The notes: a model not told the origin generated them from the sequence alone. A stretch of DNA of 64,000 nucleotides from Bacteroidales bacterium (GCA_035541795.1 DATKMR010000001.1:67532-131531), one strand, 5' to 3'; positions 28,131 through 38,074 are shown, numbered from the stretch's first letter. Translations and numbers: made by a program.

Positions 28131-28882
28131 AACTGCTTATAGTTGAGAACGAGGTGCCTGCTGCCGACAGGCTCGTTTTACTGCTCAGAAAGATCGACAG
28201 GTCGGTAATGGTGACCGATGTGCTTGAAACGGTGCAGGACACAGTTACACTCCTGCAAAACGGGCCACAGCCCGACCTTATCCTCATGGATATTCAGCTT
28301 GACGATGGATTATGCTTTGAGATATTCGAAACCGTCCAGGTCGATACTCCGGTAATATTCACCACAGCCTTTGATGAATACACCCTTAAAGCATTCAAGG
28401 TAAACAGCATAGACTACCTCCTTAAACCGGTGGATGAATCGGCCCTAAGGGCAGCACTCAAAAAATACAGCAAGATTTTCGCCGACAAATCTCCTTTCAG
28501 GACCGACTTCAGGCAGCTGGTAAATGAATTCCATGAACAATATAAGGGCAGGTTCCTTGTTAAAATCGGAGACAAATACAGGTCACTGCAGCTGAAGGAT
28601 ATATCCTGCTTCCACATCACCGAAAAAAACGCCTTTATAAGAGACATCAATGGCAGGGACTATGGTGTGGATTACTCCCTCGACCATCTTGAAGGGATAC
28701 TCGACCCTGCCAGGTTCTACAGGATAAACAGGGAATGTATCGTAAATATCGATTTCATATCTCACATGACCAGCTACTCATCAAGCAGGCTGCAGCTTTC
28801 TCTGAAGGACCAGGGGCAGAATGATCTCTTTGTGGTGAGCAGGGAAAGAGTTTCTGACTTTAAAAAGTGGCTCGACCGCTGA
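28127..28882 (+). CDS. LytTR-family response regulator
   Basis: 251-aa ORF. It has a receiver domain ('DLILMDIQLDDG') and a C-terminal LytTR DNA-binding domain. It overlaps the kinase stop by 4 nt (ATGA). Confidence 0.88.
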   Translation: MKLLIVENEVPAADRLVLLLRKIDRSVMVTDVLETVQDTVTLLQNGPQPDLILMDIQLDDGLCFEIFETVQVDTPVIFTTAFDEYTLKAFKVNSIDYLLKPVDESALRAALKKYSKIFADKSPFRTDFRQLVNEFHEQYKGRFLVKIGDKYRSLQLKDISCFHITEKNAFIRDINGRDYGVDYSLDHLEGILDPARFYRINRECIVNIDFISHMTSYSSSRLQLSLKDQGQNDLFVVSRERVSDFKKWLDR

Positions 28883-28990
28883 GCCGTCGTTTTATTGCTT
28901 TGACAGCATTGCCGATATGTTGTCAAACTCCAGGCTATTATCTTCCTTCTTTCACCTTTTTTTCTATCTTGTGCCAAATTTTTCTTTTTC

Positions 28991-31165
28991 ATGACCCGAC
29001 CCGTCCTTCTTATATCCTTCCTTGTTTATTTCATATTCTCACCGGTTCACCTTTTAAGCCAGACAAGGGGCGTGAACAGGGATAAGTATAAAATATCGAT
29101 CAGCAAAACAGACAGGGACCTCAGGATCGACGGAATAATGGATGAGGAAGCCTGGCAAAAGGCTGACAGCGCAACTCACCTTCAGCGGGTACAGCCGACC
29201 GATACCGGTTATGCAAAAGCGCAGACTACAATCAAGCTTACCTACACGGCCAAAACACTTTACGTCGGCATAATATGCTACGATCCCACACCAGGCAAAC
29301 GGCCGGTTGAATCGCTCAGACCCGATTTTACATTTGGGAAAAACGACAACTTCCTGCTTTTCATGGATACCTTCAACGATCAGACCAATGGGTTTTCTTT
29401 CGGCCTTTCGGCAGCCGGTTCACTCTGGGACGGGGTTCAGGCAAACGGTGGAACAGTAAACCTCAACTGGGACATTAAATGGAGATCCTCGGTTAAAAAT
29501 TATTCTGATAAGTGGGTCGCAGAATTTGCTATTCCCTTCAGGAGCCTGCGATACCCGGCAAATGAAAAGGAATGGGGCATCAACTTCAGCAGGCTTGATC
29601 TCAAAACCAACGAAAAATCGAGCTGGGCACCCATGCCGAGGCAGTTTGCAACAGCCACACTCGCGTATGCAGGAACACTATCGTGGGATAAGCCGTTGCC
29701 AAAATCGGGAACAATGTTCTCGATAATTCCTTACGTGGAGGCAAAACTGACAAAAGACAATGCCGGCGGCAGTTCCGCGTCATTTACCCAGACAGCCGGG
29801 ATGGATGCCAAGGTGATTCTTTCGACTGCAATGAACCTCGATGTCACAATTAACCCCGATTATTCACAGGTGGAGGTCGACAGGCAGCAGACCAACCTCG
29901 ACAGGTTTGAACTGTTCTTCCCCGAGAAAAGGCAGTTTTACCTCGAAAACAGCGATCTTTTTGCCAACCTGGGAAGCGATAATGTAAGGCCGTTCTTCTC
30001 GCGCCGGATCGGTCTTGAAACCCCGGTTTACGGTGGTGTAAGGTTAAGCGGCAAGCTTGGCAGGGACTGGAGGATAGGGATTATGGATATCCAGACCGGC
30101 AGCAAGGATTCGATTGCAGCCTCGAACTTCGCTGTGGCGGCTATCCAGAAAAAGGTGTTCAACCATTCCTCCATCACAGCCTTCTTTATCAACAAGGAAA
30201 AAACCGGCACCCTCGCTGATCTCAGGAATAACGGAACTACATTTAACCGTGTTGCCGGCCTGGAATTCAACCTCGCCAACCGCGATAACAGATGGACAGG
30301 CAAGGCCTTTTATCACCATTCATTTTATGATAACGCCGGCGGAGGCTCGGGTGCAGCAGCTGCAAACATCATGTACTCGACACAGTTCCTCACTGTTACA
30401 ATGAATAACGGGTGGGTCGGGGCAAACTATATCTCAGAAACAGGTTACATCAGGCGCAAAGGCTATTATGAAACCAACCCTTCAATCATTTACAGGTTTT
30501 ACCCGAACGGTGGAGCTCTTATCGATCACGGACCCGGTATCAGGGCAGATCTCTATTTCGACAGCAATATGAAAATCTCGGACAGGGAGCTACAGCCATC
30601 TTACCAGTTTGATTTCAGGGACAAGAGCCAGCTTATTTTTGATGTGAAACAGGACTATATCAGGCTTCTTTCTCCGTACGACCCTACAAATACCGGAGGT
30701 GAAATGATGCAGGCAGGTTCGGAATATACCTGGACCGATGCCGGCATAACATATACTTCTGATATAAGGAGACCCTTGAATACCATTATCGGGGCCCGTT
30801 ACGGCGACTATTTCAACGGGTCAAAATTTACACTGAATGCCGAGATTGACTACAGGTACCAGCCCTATGCAAGCATTTCTTTCGTAGGAGCTTATAACGA
30901 CATAAGGCTTCCTTCACCTTATAATTCAGCCAGGCTTTATCTCATCGGGCCAAGGCTAGACTTCACATTTACAAACAAGATATTTTTTACAAGCTTTATC
31001 CAGTACAACAACCAGATCGACAACCTGAATTACAATTTCAGGTTCCAGTGGAGATATGCCCCGGTTTCGGATCTCTTCCTGGTCTATACCGAGAACGCGA
31101 CTCCCGGCAATCTCAGGGTAAAAAACAGGGGCTTCATCGTAAAGCTTTCCTACTGGTTCAATTAG
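28991..31165 (+). CDS. CBM9-like / DUF5916 domain outer-membrane-associated protein
   Basis: 724-aa ORF with a signal peptide. N-terminal 'IDGIMDEEAWQKADSAT' is a CBM9-like motif. The long beta-rich C-terminal part ends in '...LSYWFN'. Confidence 0.6.
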   Translation: MTRPVLLISFLVYFIFSPVHLLSQTRGVNRDKYKISISKTDRDLRIDGIMDEEAWQKADSATHLQRVQPTDTGYAKAQTTIKLTYTAKTLYVGIICYDPTPGKRPVESLRPDFTFGKNDNFLLFMDTFNDQTNGFSFGLSAAGSLWDGVQANGGTVNLNWDIKWRSSVKNYSDKWVAEFAIPFRSLRYPANEKEWGINFSRLDLKTNEKSSWAPMPRQFATATLAYAGTLSWDKPLPKSGTMFSIIPYVEAKLTKDNAGGSSASFTQTAGMDAKVILSTAMNLDVTINPDYSQVEVDRQQTNLDRFELFFPEKRQFYLENSDLFANLGSDNVRPFFSRRIGLETPVYGGVRLSGKLGRDWRIGIMDIQTGSKDSIAASNFAVAAIQKKVFNHSSITAFFINKEKTGTLADLRNNGTTFNRVAGLEFNLANRDNRWTGKAFYHHSFYDNAGGGSGAAAANIMYSTQFLTVTMNNGWVGANYISETGYIRRKGYYETNPSIIYRFYPNGGALIDHGPGIRADLYFDSNMKISDRELQPSYQFDFRDKSQLIFDVKQDYIRLLSPYDPTNTGGEMMQAGSEYTWTDAGITYTSDIRRPLNTIIGARYGDYFNGSKFTLNAEIDYRYQPYASISFVGAYNDIRLPSPYNSARLYLIGPRLDFTFTNKIFFTSFIQYNNQIDNLNYNFRFQWRYAPVSDLFLVYTENATPGNLRVKNRGFIVKLSYWFN

Positions 31166-31298
31166 CATCCATGGCCCCGGTACCCCACACCACCTGCTCC
31201 ACATCCTTTTAGTTAATGTATTGTTAATACTCTCTCCTGCTATTTGATATAATCCTTATTGTCACGACATTTAGTAATTATTAATAAACCCTATAGCC

Positions 31299-32825
31299 AT
31301 GAATTACAAGCGACGCGAATTTGTCAAGCTGGGAGGCTTAACACTTGCAGGAACAGTGTTATTACCTCCTTTTCTCAAATCATGCACGGGTGTTGATGTA
31401 TCGAAAGGACTTCAGGGATACCTGAATCATTTTGAGGTCGACCCCGGGCTGTTGAAGAAGATCATTGGTGAAGCGATGGGGAAAGGTGCTGATTATGCAG
31501 ATCTTTTCTTTGAGCATACCATTGAGAATTACAGTACACTTGAGGATGGAAAAGTGAACCAGGCCTTCTCCAATATCGGCTTCGGTATCGGAATAAGAGT
31601 TCTGAAAGGTGATCAGACAGGTTACGCTTTCTCCGAGACTGTGACCCCTGACGCGATGCTTAAAGCTGCCAGGACAGCGGCCAACATTGCCAACAGCAGC
31701 GCCAAAACAGCATCTGTAAATGTCAGCGAGGTTATTTCGCCCGACTACTACCCTGTTAAGGTATCGTGGGAAAATACCTCCATCAAGGACAAAATTCCCT
31801 ACCTGCAGAAAGTGAACGACAGGATCTTTTCCCTCGATAAGAGGGTGACCAAGGTTAATGCCACCATCGGCGATACCACTACCTATGTAATGTTTTTCAG
31901 TTCGGAGGGTAAGTTTGCCACAGACTGCCGTCCCATGGCTTACATGTACGTGACAAGTATCATGGAACAAAACGGCAGGGTGGAAAATTTCGGGGTATCC
32001 CGTTCGGCAAGACAGGGCTCGGAGTTTCTGACCGACCAGATGGTCGAATCGCTCGCTAAAGAGGCAGTTGAAAAAAATGCTATTCTCTTTGAGGCAGGCA
32101 AACCCAAGGCAGGAGAAATGGAGGTTGTGATGAGCGCCGGCGAATCGGGGATACTTCTTCATGAAGCAATTGGGCATGCCTTTGAAGCCGACTTCAACCG
32201 GAAAAAAACATCGATATTCTCAGATAAGATGGGCAAAAAGGTGGCTGAGAACTTCGTGACCATAGTTGACGACGGAACGCTGCCTTCTGACAGGGGAGCG
32301 CTTAACATCGACGACGAGGGAAATCCCACCGAGAAGACATTCCTTGTAACCAACGGCACACTTACAAGCTACCTGCACGACAGGATCAGCGCCGATTACT
32401 ACAAGGTAAAACCGACCGGGAACGGCCGGAGGCAGGACTTCAGGAATATACCCATCCCCAGGATGAGATGCACAAGGATGGAAAACGGACCTCATAAAAA
32501 AGAGGAGATAATTGCCAGCGTGAAGAACGGGATATATGTCGATAATTTCAGCAACGGCCAGGTAAATATTGGTGCAGGCGACTTCACATTCTTCGTGAAA
32601 GCGGGATACCTGATTGAAAACGGGAAGCTGACAAAGCCGATTAAGGATATAAATATAATCGGAAACGGACCCCAGGCCCTCTCAGATATCGTGATGGCAG
32701 GTGATGACACGGTACTTTCAAAAAGCACATGGTACTGCGGTAAGGACGGGCAGAGCGTGCCTGTTTCGATGGGGCTTCCCACAATCAAGATTAAAAAGCT
32801 TACCGTAGGCGGCACCAATGCATAA
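31299..32825 (+). CDS. tldD: TldD-family metallopeptidase with twin-arginine signal
   Basis: 508-aa ORF. N-terminal 'KRREFVKLGGLTLAGTVLL...SC' is a Tat motif. 'LLHEAIGHAFEADF' is the HExxxH metal site of TldD. Confidence 0.85.
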   Translation: MNYKRREFVKLGGLTLAGTVLLPPFLKSCTGVDVSKGLQGYLNHFEVDPGLLKKIIGEAMGKGADYADLFFEHTIENYSTLEDGKVNQAFSNIGFGIGIRVLKGDQTGYAFSETVTPDAMLKAARTAANIANSSAKTASVNVSEVISPDYYPVKVSWENTSIKDKIPYLQKVNDRIFSLDKRVTKVNATIGDTTTYVMFFSSEGKFATDCRPMAYMYVTSIMEQNGRVENFGVSRSARQGSEFLTDQMVESLAKEAVEKNAILFEAGKPKAGEMEVVMSAGESGILLHEAIGHAFEADFNRKKTSIFSDKMGKKVAENFVTIVDDGTLPSDRGALNIDDEGNPTEKTFLVTNGTLTSYLHDRISADYYKVKPTGNGRRQDFRNIPIPRMRCTRMENGPHKKEEIIASVKNGIYVDNFSNGQVNIGAGDFTFFVKAGYLIENGKLTKPIKDINIIGNGPQALSDIVMAGDDTVLSKSTWYCGKDGQSVPVSMGLPTIKIKKLTVGGTNA

Positions 32826-32843
32826 CCTTTAAACTGAATTATT

Positions 32844-34160
32844 ATGACAAAAGAAGAAAAATATGCACTTGCTGTAATGGTAATCGACCATGCCCTGAAA
32901 AGCGGTGCACAGGAGGTTTCAGTCTCAATAGACGAGAACCGGAGCAACGAAATAGAGATCAGGGACAAGAAGATCGACAAGCTGCTGGAGTCAAACAGCT
33001 TGGGACTGACGGTCTCTCTCTATGTTGACAGGAAATACTCTTCACATTCGACAAACAGGATGAAAAAGGATGAACTCATCAGGTTTATTGAGGAAGCTGT
33101 TACAGGAACCCGCTTCCTGGCAGAAGATCAGTTCAGGAAATTGCCTGAACCGGAACTGTATTACAAGGGAGGTGGAACGGACCCTGGCAAACTCGATAAA
33201 ACACTTGATACCATCGACACCAGGACCAAAATAGACATGGCAACGGCGGTCCACGATGAGGCGTTTGGCAAAGATGAAAGGATTATCTCCGTGAGCGCCT
33301 ATTACTCTGACAACATATATAATAAGGTGCTGGTAACAAGCAACGGCTTCAAAGGCGACAGCGAAGGTGGTAATGTCTACCTCTCAGCCGGTGTATCGAT
33401 GAAAGGAAAGACAAGCAGGCCCTCAGATTCATGGTCGGAGACTTCCATTTTCATAGACAAGCTGACGAAGAGCGGCATAGGATCAAAAGCCCTCCAGAGG
33501 ACAATCAATAAGCTCGATCCTGTAAAGATAAAGTCGGGGAAATATCCCATGGTGGTCGAAAACAGGGTTGTTATGAACCTTCTTTCACCGGTGTACAACG
33601 CCCTTAGCGGTTACAGCATTTACCAGAAAGAGTCATTTCTTGCAGGCAAAATTGATAAGCCGGTCGGATCAAAGCTCTTGACCCTTGCCGACGATCCATC
33701 AATCCCTTCATCACCCGGATCCAGGCTTTTTGATGATGAAGGACTGGCAGCAACAAAGAGGAATATCTTTGAGGACGGGTTGCTAAGGAATTACTATATT
33801 GATACATATTATGGACGCAAGCTGAACATTAAACCCACTTCAGGAAGCGCTTCCAATGTCATAATGAACCTTGGAACCAGGGATGCGGCCGGGCTTGTTT
33901 CCACGCTGAAGAAAGGGATCTTCGTAACAGGCTTTAACGGGGGTAACTGTAACGGTTCAACAGGCGATTTCTCATATGGAATTGAAGGCTACTATGTTGA
34001 AAACGGTAAAATCATTCACCCGGTAAACGAAATGAACATCACCGGCAATATGAACCAGGTATTTTTCAACCTTGTTGAAACCGGCAATGATCCAAGGAAG
34101 GGAAGATCCTTCATGATACCATCCCTCCTTTTCGATAACATCGACTTTAGCGGAATATAG
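32844..34160 (+). CDS. pmbA: PmbA/TldE-family protein (TldD partner), no signal peptide
   Basis: 438-aa ORF with TldD/PmbA-family resemblance, a Gly-rich C-terminal region ('GFNGGNCNGSTGDFSYG') and no HExxxH. It starts 19 nt after tldD. Confidence 0.8.
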   Translation: MTKEEKYALAVMVIDHALKSGAQEVSVSIDENRSNEIEIRDKKIDKLLESNSLGLTVSLYVDRKYSSHSTNRMKKDELIRFIEEAVTGTRFLAEDQFRKLPEPELYYKGGGTDPGKLDKTLDTIDTRTKIDMATAVHDEAFGKDERIISVSAYYSDNIYNKVLVTSNGFKGDSEGGNVYLSAGVSMKGKTSRPSDSWSETSIFIDKLTKSGIGSKALQRTINKLDPVKIKSGKYPMVVENRVVMNLLSPVYNALSGYSIYQKESFLAGKIDKPVGSKLLTLADDPSIPSSPGSRLFDDEGLAATKRNIFEDGLLRNYYIDTYYGRKLNIKPTSGSASNVIMNLGTRDAAGLVSTLKKGIFVTGFNGGNCNGSTGDFSYGIEGYYVENGKIIHPVNEMNITGNMNQVFFNLVETGNDPRKGRSFMIPSLLFDNIDFSGI

Positions 34161-34178
34161 GATAACCTGTTTTCTTAG

Positions 34179-34230
34179 CCGCCGGGGACGCAGAGGCTTA
34201 CAATTTATTTTTATCTCTGCGCCCCTGCGG
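34179..34230 (+). terminator. long GC-rich hairpin after pmbA (candidate terminator)
   Basis: CCGC-c-GGGG-a-CGCAGAG ... CTCTGCG-CCCC-t-GCGG, about 15 bp, with a T-rich loop. The 3' flank is only weakly U-rich. Confidence 0.45.
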
Positions 34231-34310
34231 TTAATTCTTCCATTTATACGCGATTAATTCTTCTGTGAGAATAATTTTCTAACTTTATTGGTGAACCAAC
34301 CAGTATTGCC

Positions 34311-35630
34311 ATGAAAAGGATCCTGCTTTTTCCTGTTACTCTCATTCTGCTTTTTCAGCTTTCATGTTCCACGGGTAATAATTCAGATGCGTGGATCAGT
34401 TACGCCTCGCCAGAAAGGGAGGGTCTTTCCAACGACAGCCTCATGAATATCGGCAAACTTTTAAAGGAGTTTACCGACAGCAGGAAATTACCCGGCGGCG
34501 CGGCACTCGTAGCCAAGAATGGTAAAATTGTTTACGAGGTCTCCTTCGGATTCAGGGATATTGAGAAAAAGATTCCTCTTGAAAAAACCGATCTTTTCAG
34601 GATCGCCAGCATGACAAAGCCGATCGTGACCGTAGCAGCAATGCAGCTTTATGAAAAAGGCAGGCTGAAGCTGACCGATCCTGTGTCGAAATACATTCCA
34701 TCTTTCTCCAAACCGACCGTTCTGGTTACCTTTAATAAGAAGGATTCTTCTTATACCTCCAGGCCGGCATCCAGGGAAGTGACAATAACCGACCTCCTGA
34801 CCCATACATCAGGAATAGGCTATTCATTTTCCGACTCGGCGTTATCGGCAATATATGCCAAGAATGGTATCCCAAGCATGTCCCTGCCGCTCGACCTTAC
34901 AATAGAGAAAACCATGTCGGGGTTAGGAGAGCTGCCCCTTGCATTTGAACCCGGAACAAAATTTCTATACGGGCTTAATACAGATGTCCTGGGAAGGGTT
35001 GTGGAGGTTGCTTCGGGAATGAGCCTTTCCGATTATATTGAAAAAAACATTACGGGCCCTCTGAAAATGAATGATACCAGGTTTTATTTCGATTCGACCT
35101 TCACAAATCGCCTGACAACATTATATGCATCAAATCATAAGGACAGTTCGCTGGTTAAGTTTGAAAGGCTTGGTCCGTACACGAGCGATTTTCCCGTGGC
35201 AGGGGCAAAAAAATATTTCTCCGGCGGTTCAGGCATAACATGCACTATGCAGGATTATTTTATCTTCTGCCAGGCGCTCCTCAACAAGGGGACCTACAAC
35301 GGGGTAAGGATCCTCAGCGACACAACCGTCGCACTCATGTTCACCGATCATCTCGGTGCACTCAGGTGGAACGAATTTGCGTCATTCGGCTACGGTTTCA
35401 GAATAGTCCGCGAAAAACGGGCTGACGGAAGACCCGGTAGGGTCATTGATCTCGGCTGGGCAGGAGCTTTTTCAACCTGGTTCTCAATAAACCCCGCGGA
35501 AAATGAGATTGCAATTTTCATGACGCAGGTTCTGAATAATCCATACAGCGACATTTTTAATTACCGGTTCGACAAGATCGTAAGAAGCGCCAATGTATCA
35601 GCGGTTGATCCCGGAGAAAAACAAAAATGA
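34311..35630 (+). CDS. serine hydrolase (beta-lactamase / PBP4-like family) lipoprotein
   Basis: 439-aa ORF with a lipobox 'LSCS' and the SxxK motif in 'IASMTKPIVTVAAMQL'. Confidence 0.8.
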   Translation: MKRILLFPVTLILLFQLSCSTGNNSDAWISYASPEREGLSNDSLMNIGKLLKEFTDSRKLPGGAALVAKNGKIVYEVSFGFRDIEKKIPLEKTDLFRIASMTKPIVTVAAMQLYEKGRLKLTDPVSKYIPSFSKPTVLVTFNKKDSSYTSRPASREVTITDLLTHTSGIGYSFSDSALSAIYAKNGIPSMSLPLDLTIEKTMSGLGELPLAFEPGTKFLYGLNTDVLGRVVEVASGMSLSDYIEKNITGPLKMNDTRFYFDSTFTNRLTTLYASNHKDSSLVKFERLGPYTSDFPVAGAKKYFSGGSGITCTMQDYFIFCQALLNKGTYNGVRILSDTTVALMFTDHLGALRWNEFASFGYGFRIVREKRADGRPGRVIDLGWAGAFSTWFSINPAENEIAIFMTQVLNNPYSDIFNYRFDKIVRSANVSAVDPGEKQK

Positions 35631-35666
35631 TTGATTACCTTTTGTAAAAATTTTATAAATGAACCT

Positions 35667-37136
35667 ATGAGATACTTACTTTCAACCCTGGCATGCTGCC
35701 TGCTGATTTCGTGCAGCGGAACAAAATCCCCGGATCCAGTAAAAACTGACCCCGGCACGGTATTTAATGCCGGTGGCAGAACTGTAACAGTATTCACTAC
35801 TGCCGACAGCACCAGCCTGAGACTGACCAGGACTGCTACCGTACAGTTTTCCCGGCTTGAGTCAACCTCGGAAGGGAATGTCTATGTCTTCCTTGATCCA
35901 TCGAAAAAATACCAGGATTTCATTGGGATCGGAGGAGCACTTACAGATGCTTCGGCAGAGACCTTCGCAAAGCTCGGTCCTGAAAAGCAGAAGGAGATAA
36001 TCGAAGCATATTATGATTATGACAAGGGAATTGGCTATCGCATCGCCAGGACCAACATCAACAGCTGTGACTTTTCAAGCGACAGCTATACGTACGTCAC
36101 CGAAGGCGACAAGGACCTGAAAAGCTTCAATATAGATCACGACAGGAAATTCAAGATCCCGCTCATAAAAAGGGCAATGGCTGCCAGCGGCAACTCCCTT
36201 ACACTGTTTGCCAGCCCGTGGAGCCCGCCCGCTTTCATGAAGGATAATAACGATATGCTTCATGGCGGAAAGCTAAGACCGGAATTTGCCGATTCATGGG
36301 CACTGTATTATACAAGATTCATTAAAAGCTATGAAAAAGAGGGGATCCCGGTTTGGGGGATAACCATCCAGAACGAACCGATGGCAAGACAAACATGGGA
36401 ATCGTGCATTTATACGGCAAATGATGAACGTGATTTTCTGAAGAACCATCTTGGCCCGGTGATGGAAAGAGAAGGACTTAAGGATAAGAAGATTATTGTT
36501 TGGGATCATAACCGTGACCTGATGGTACAAAGGGCGGAAGCGATTTTCGATGACCCTGATGCATCGAAATATGCCTGGGGCATGGGCTTTCACTGGTACG
36601 AAAACTGGTCTGGAGGGGACAAGATGTTCGGCAATGTCGCTGTCGTAAAGAATACCTGGCCCGGTAAGCATCTTCTTTTTACCGAAGGCTGCCCCGAGAG
36701 CTTTGATCCGAAAAGGATCCTTAACTGGGGGCTGGGAGAGGCTTACGGCAGGAACATGATAAACGACTTCAATAACGGGGCCTGCGGCTGGACAGACTGG
36801 AACATACTTCTCGACGAAACAGGCGGTCCAAATCACGTTGGCAATTTTTGTTTTGCACCGGTTCATGCCGACCTGAAAACCGGTAAGCTGACATACACGA
36901 ATTCATATTATTATATAGGTCACTTTTCTAAATTCATCAGGCCCGGTGCAGTGAGGATACTGAGTGCCTCCAGCAGAAGCATGCTGCTTACCACTGCATT
37001 TGAGAACAGCGACGGGAAGATCGTTGTGGTTGTGATGAACAATACGGCCGGGAAAGGTACCTATAACCTGTGCGTTGGAGAATACCATGCCGAGATCGAA
37101 ACCCTTCCTCATTCGATCCAGACACTGGTTTTCTGA
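35667..37136 (+). CDS. glycoside hydrolase family 30 (glucosylceramidase-like) lipoprotein
   Basis: 'ITIQNEP' acid/base and 'LLFTEGC' nucleophile contexts. The start is taken at ATG 35667 (MRYLLSTLACCLLISCSG); the track start at 35631 is a TTG. Confidence 0.8.
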   Translation: MRYLLSTLACCLLISCSGTKSPDPVKTDPGTVFNAGGRTVTVFTTADSTSLRLTRTATVQFSRLESTSEGNVYVFLDPSKKYQDFIGIGGALTDASAETFAKLGPEKQKEIIEAYYDYDKGIGYRIARTNINSCDFSSDSYTYVTEGDKDLKSFNIDHDRKFKIPLIKRAMAASGNSLTLFASPWSPPAFMKDNNDMLHGGKLRPEFADSWALYYTRFIKSYEKEGIPVWGITIQNEPMARQTWESCIYTANDERDFLKNHLGPVMEREGLKDKKIIVWDHNRDLMVQRAEAIFDDPDASKYAWGMGFHWYENWSGGDKMFGNVAVVKNTWPGKHLLFTEGCPESFDPKRILNWGLGEAYGRNMINDFNNGACGWTDWNILLDETGGPNHVGNFCFAPVHADLKTGKLTYTNSYYYIGHFSKFIRPGAVRILSASSRSMLLTTAFENSDGKIVVVVMNNTAGKGTYNLCVGEYHAEIETLPHSIQTLVF

Positions 37137-37154
37137 TAGTATAACAGAATAAAC

Positions 37155-37205
37155 CGCAGGGAGTGCAGGGATTACCGGACCTGGTGATTCTCTGTGCTCC
37201 CCGCG
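37155..37205 (+). terminator. imperfect long hairpin between convergent GH30 and NIF3 genes
   Basis: CGCAGGGAGTGCAG ... CTGTGCTCCCCGCG, 13 of 14 positions pairable including two G-U pairs on the + transcript. Followed by TTTAAATTTTA. Confidence 0.4.
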
Positions 37206-37213
37206 TTTAAATT

Positions 37214-38074
37214 TTAATAGGTTGTGTACGAGGGCCCGCAATCGACGAAAGCCACGGGAACGCCCGTTATGAATGTCTTAATCCACTGTGCAGCATACTC
37301 CATCCCGGCATCTTCCGACGGGATGTGCCCGAGGAAGATTGCAGCCTTATGTTTTCCCTGGAGAACGGCGTCTCTGACATACTCGTAAGTTTCCCATTGA
37401 GGAACTTCTCCTCCGATCAGCACATCTGTATTTTTATCCCTCAGGATGAAAAAATGAACCGCGCTGCCGGGTGCTCCTTCTGCAAAGGCAACACGCGACA
37501 CTTTCATCGACGGATCACCCACCACATTAAATGACTGGCCGGGGAAAATCTTCTTAAGGTAGCTTACCAGCTCGCCAAGTGTTGTTTCGGGCAGGATAAA
37601 GCTGTTCAGGGATCCCCCGGAGCTATAGTTTTCCCAGCGCAGCTTAATCGCCATTCCCTTGCTGATGCCGTCGGGCTTCATGCTGTGGATGTAATCGTGA
37701 AAACGCCAGATCACGAGCTTGTTCTCATCGATGAATTTCTTCTTATCGAGGTAGACGGGATCGTCAGCAAAGGATTTAGTTTCATCGAGATGGTTATAGA
37801 AGAGAGGTTCGTGGGCGATTATCAGGTTGCATTTATGCTCGACAGCCGTCTTAAGAACATCCATCGTCGCGAACATGCAGACCACGATGCCGGTCACCTT
37901 TGCCTGGGGGTCGCCGGCTTTTATAACATCTACCGTGCCGGTTATAGGTTTGGCTCCGGTTTTCTTTATTACAGTTTCTATAACCGATTCAGCGGACATT
38001 GCCTCCTTAGTCTGGGCCAAAACCGTACCCTGAATAATGAGCAAACCTGTAAGCAGGCTTATAATAATTTTCAT
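37214..38074 (-). CDS. NIF3-like (dinuclear metal centre) protein with signal peptide
   Basis: 286-aa ORF with a signal peptide (MKIIISLLTGLLIIQGTVLAQ). 'CNLIIAHEPLFY' is the NIF3 family motif. Confidence 0.65.
   Translation of the reverse strand: MKIIISLLTGLLIIQGTVLAQTKEAMSAESVIETVIKKTGAKPITGTVDVIKAGDPQAKVTGIVVCMFATMDVLKTAVEHKCNLIIAHEPLFYNHLDETKSFADDPVYLDKKKFIDENKLVIWRFHDYIHSMKPDGISKGMAIKLRWENYSSGGSLNSFILPETTLGELVSYLKKIFPGQSFNVVGDPSMKVSRVAFAEGAPGSAVHFFILRDKNTDVLIGGEVPQWETYEYVRDAVLQGKHKAAIFLGHIPSEDAGMEYAAQWIKTFITGVPVAFVDCGPSYTTY

Noticed and set aside
31380-32177. Other long antisense ORFs: 31380-32177, 6916-7590, 46031-46660, 36294-36866, 39194-39745 and 18510-19097.
   Set aside because: The ones I checked (31380-32177 versus tldD, 6916-7590 versus the ROK gene) are in the same codon-aligned antisense frame as the real genes. 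This is the same codon-usage artefact described above, and none has an independent coding signature.
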